Positions 17,196 through 19,196 of a DNA stretch of 19,196 bases are shown here, piece by piece. The first letter of the stretch is position 1. Each line of letters begins with the position of its first letter. The stretch is from Methanoregula sp. (GTDB taxonomy: Archaea > Halobacteriota > Methanomicrobia > Methanomicrobiales > Methanospirillaceae), in assembly GCA_039698055.1 (NCBI GenBank), contig JBDKTL010000004.1:1-19196 (forward strand), read 5' to 3'. Made by a program: the position numbers and the translations under genes. The notes below the pieces were generated by a model, which searched no databases, was not told the origin of the DNA, and was given only the letters and a program-made list of their open reading frames with translations.

Positions 17196-17582
17196 ACCTC
17201 CCGAAAAAATTCCTGCTGTGCAACAAACGCGAAGAAAATCCCAGGGGAAAATATACAGGAGATACCCGAACCGATCCAGAAGGAGCTCGATGCGATAGGA
17301 GGTTTTGATGCGCTTGCAGCACGCATCCCGTCACTTTCTGAACTCGACGAGAAGAGCCGGGTGTACCATGCCCTTTCCGATCCGCTGCGGCTCACGATCC
17401 TGTACCTGCTCAGGGATCACCCGCTCTGCGTCTGCGTCATCAACCGGTTCGTCCGCATTGCCGGTTCCAAACTTTCGTATCATCTCAATATTTTAAAAGA
17501 GAGCGGGCTTGTCGAAGGCGAGTATCATGGAAACTGGATCATCTACTCGCTTACCGATACCGGGAAAAAAATGATCCGGTAA
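17193..17582 (+). CDS. arsR: ArsR/SmtB-family metalloregulator
   Basis: ALSDPLRLTIL...PLCVCVI...SKLSYHLNILKESGLV...WIIYSL, with the alpha3 CVC motif of As/Sb-sensing ArsRs and an N-terminal CC pair. Confidence 0.9.
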   Translation: MTSRKNSCCATNAKKIPGENIQEIPEPIQKELDAIGGFDALAARIPSLSELDEKSRVYHALSDPLRLTILYLLRDHPLCVCVINRFVRIAGSKLSYHLNILKESGLVEGEYHGNWIIYSLTDTGKKMIR

Positions 17583-17608
17583 TTATCTTTTTTTGGGAAT
17601 TGCCTCGT

Positions 17609-17947
17609 TCAGAGCAGTTTTGTTTCTTCGGTTGGTTTTGGCACTTTGACGACAAGAACCCTGAACACGGAGCTGCTTTCGTTTGTCCATTTATGAGGGA
17701 TTCGGGCCGGGCTCTCGACCAGCTGATCTTTTCCTACCATCTGCTTTTCATCGCCAATCTCAACAACCCCCGTTCCTTCCAGCACGTAAAAGAAAACATC
17801 GACCGGCGTGATATGTTTCTTTAACGCTTCACCGGGCTTAAGCGTGATAACGACTGCCATCGCATGGGGCGTGTCGTAAATCTTACGGGCGTCCACATGG
17901 TGCGGGTTCGGGCCCGACTCCACGTCTTCAACATCAGTAATCTTCAT
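17609..17947 (-). CDS. Cupin-domain protein (start at 17947 or 17953)
   Basis: ITLKPGEALKKHITPVDVFFYVLEGTG...SPARIPHKW cupin barrel, with an AGGTGA RBS. Confidence 0.88.
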   Translation of the reverse strand: MKITDVEDVESGPNPHHVDARKIYDTPHAMAVVITLKPGEALKKHITPVDVFFYVLEGTGVVEIGDEKQMVGKDQLVESPARIPHKWTNESSSVFRVLVVKVPKPTEETKLL

Positions 17948-18099
17948 CCTCATTTCACCTTCTCAAACAGTAGTTATGTCAATAATACCAGCAGGTCAGA
18001 TTTGAGCGTATCGGTGCCGACTTATTTTATGAACCGAGCAGGTCTCGGGTGTGATATGCTTTAATGGCTGGTAAAGAAAATATTATGTGATACTCAAGT

Positions 18100-18990
18100 A
18101 TGATCAGGAACCGTCTTTTCTCTTCTATCTATACTTCAGTTGCTGTCGTATTTTTTTCAACACTTTTTCTCATGTCCTGTTATGAGCTTACCAAACAGGT
18201 GATCAACCCCTCCATCTCGCTCTGGGAATCCCACATAATAACGATCATTTTCACAAGCGTTATGGCCGCAGTCATTGTATTTTTTCCTCTTCGTGCTGCC
18301 TGGCAGCAGCGGGAAAAAGCCCAAGTTGCTGAAAAAGAACTCGCTGAAACAAACCGCAAACTCACGCTCATGAATGGGATCACCCACCACGATATGCTCA
18401 ACCAGCTATCCGCTGTGAGTTCCTACCTGAGTCTCTCCGGTGAACGATCCAATGATCTGACCGTTAAAAAATATCTCCTGAAGGCAGAACAGGGTGTTGA
18501 TATCATCATTTCCCAGATCCAGTACGCGAAGGATTACCAGCAGATTGGTGTTCAGTCCCCACAATGGCAGAACCTTCTCATGACCCTGCAGTACGCCCGA
18601 CAACCCCTGCGGCTTCCGGATCTGGAGATCGATGCCGAATCAAAAATGACTGAAATATTCGCTGATCCGATGCTTGAAAAGGTGTTCTATAACCTGTTCG
18701 ATAATTCATTGCGATATGGTGATCCCAAAACCTCAATAAAGGTATACTGCCGGCAGGAGCCAGACCGTCTGTTAATTATTTACGAAGACAACGGGGCGGG
18801 CATTCCTGCCACTGACAAGGACCGCATTTTTAATCGAGGCTACGGGAAAAATACAGGTCTTGGCCTTTTTATGATCCGCGAGATCCTTGCCATCACCGGT
18901 ATCAGCATACAGGAAGATGGAGAACCAGGAAAAGGAGTCCGTTTTATCCTGTCCGTTCCAAAGGACCGTTACCGGGTTTCTCCCGGATAA
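18100..18990 (+). CDS. Membrane-anchored sensor histidine kinase (2 TM, HisKA-like, HATPase)
   Basis: Two N-terminal TM helices, H-box THHDMLNQL, N-box VFYNLFDNSLRYG, G1 EDNGAGIP, F-box IFNRGY and G2 TGLGLF. Confidence 0.92.
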   Translation: MIRNRLFSSIYTSVAVVFFSTLFLMSCYELTKQVINPSISLWESHIITIIFTSVMAAVIVFFPLRAAWQQREKAQVAEKELAETNRKLTLMNGITHHDMLNQLSAVSSYLSLSGERSNDLTVKKYLLKAEQGVDIIISQIQYAKDYQQIGVQSPQWQNLLMTLQYARQPLRLPDLEIDAESKMTEIFADPMLEKVFYNLFDNSLRYGDPKTSIKVYCRQEPDRLLIIYEDNGAGIPATDKDRIFNRGYGKNTGLGLFMIREILAITGISIQEDGEPGKGVRFILSVPKDRYRVSPG

Positions 18991-19071
18991 TTTACTTCAA
19001 TTTCCCTTTTTTAAAGGGTAATGTACTATTTCAGCCCCTAGATCCTAGAATGATTGACGGAGTAAAAAAAT

Positions 19072-19196
19072 TGTAGTATCCCGAAATCATTTGACATCGA
19101 ATCTAAATATCGATGTGAGTAAGTTATCAGATCGAGACATTGCGAGAATGATCAAGCAATGGCTGAGGGGAAAGCCGGTTGCCGAGATATCTCGTG
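19072..19196 (+). mobile_element. Left end of an IS481-family insertion sequence (partial)
   Basis: Begins TGTAGTATCCCGAAATCATTTGACA, the imperfect inverted partner of 102-126, followed by a transposase-like N-terminus. Confidence 0.78.
19115..19196 (+). CDS. IS481-family transposase, N-terminal fragment (3' truncated by the window)
   Basis: GTG start, MSKLSDRDIARMIKQWLRGKPVAEISR..., resembling the first helices of a transposase HTH directly inside the IR. Confidence 0.65.
   Translation, partial: MSKLSDRDIARMIKQWLRGKPVAEISR

Overview
Archaeal methanogen DNA, most likely Methanomicrobiales (Methanoregula-like), judged from gene content, TATA/BRE promoters and GGTGA ribosome-binding sites. 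The window runs from the right end of one IS481-family element (1-126) to the left end of another in the same orientation (19072-end). Between them lie thiI, two conserved methanogen genes, a small membrane protein, a tsaA/trmO-like gene and a Mo-nitrogenase operon (nifH-nifI1-nifI2-nifD-nifK-nifE-nifN-ferredoxin-anfO-like) preceded by a perfect NrpR-type operator. These are followed by a Cys-rich wHTH regulator divergent from a Cys-domain/MTH865 fusion, an ArsR-linked DGC-cupin-DGC-ArsP module, a second cupin and an orphan histidine kinase. The most unusual observation is an intact 93-codon ORF (4557-4838) between the nif promoter and nifH. It is a colinear, highly degenerate copy of the N-terminal third of NifH that has lost the Walker A motif and the first [4Fe-4S] cysteine but kept ETGGPEPG and the Arg100 equivalent. 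It is either a catalytically dead mini-NifH or an old pseudogene.
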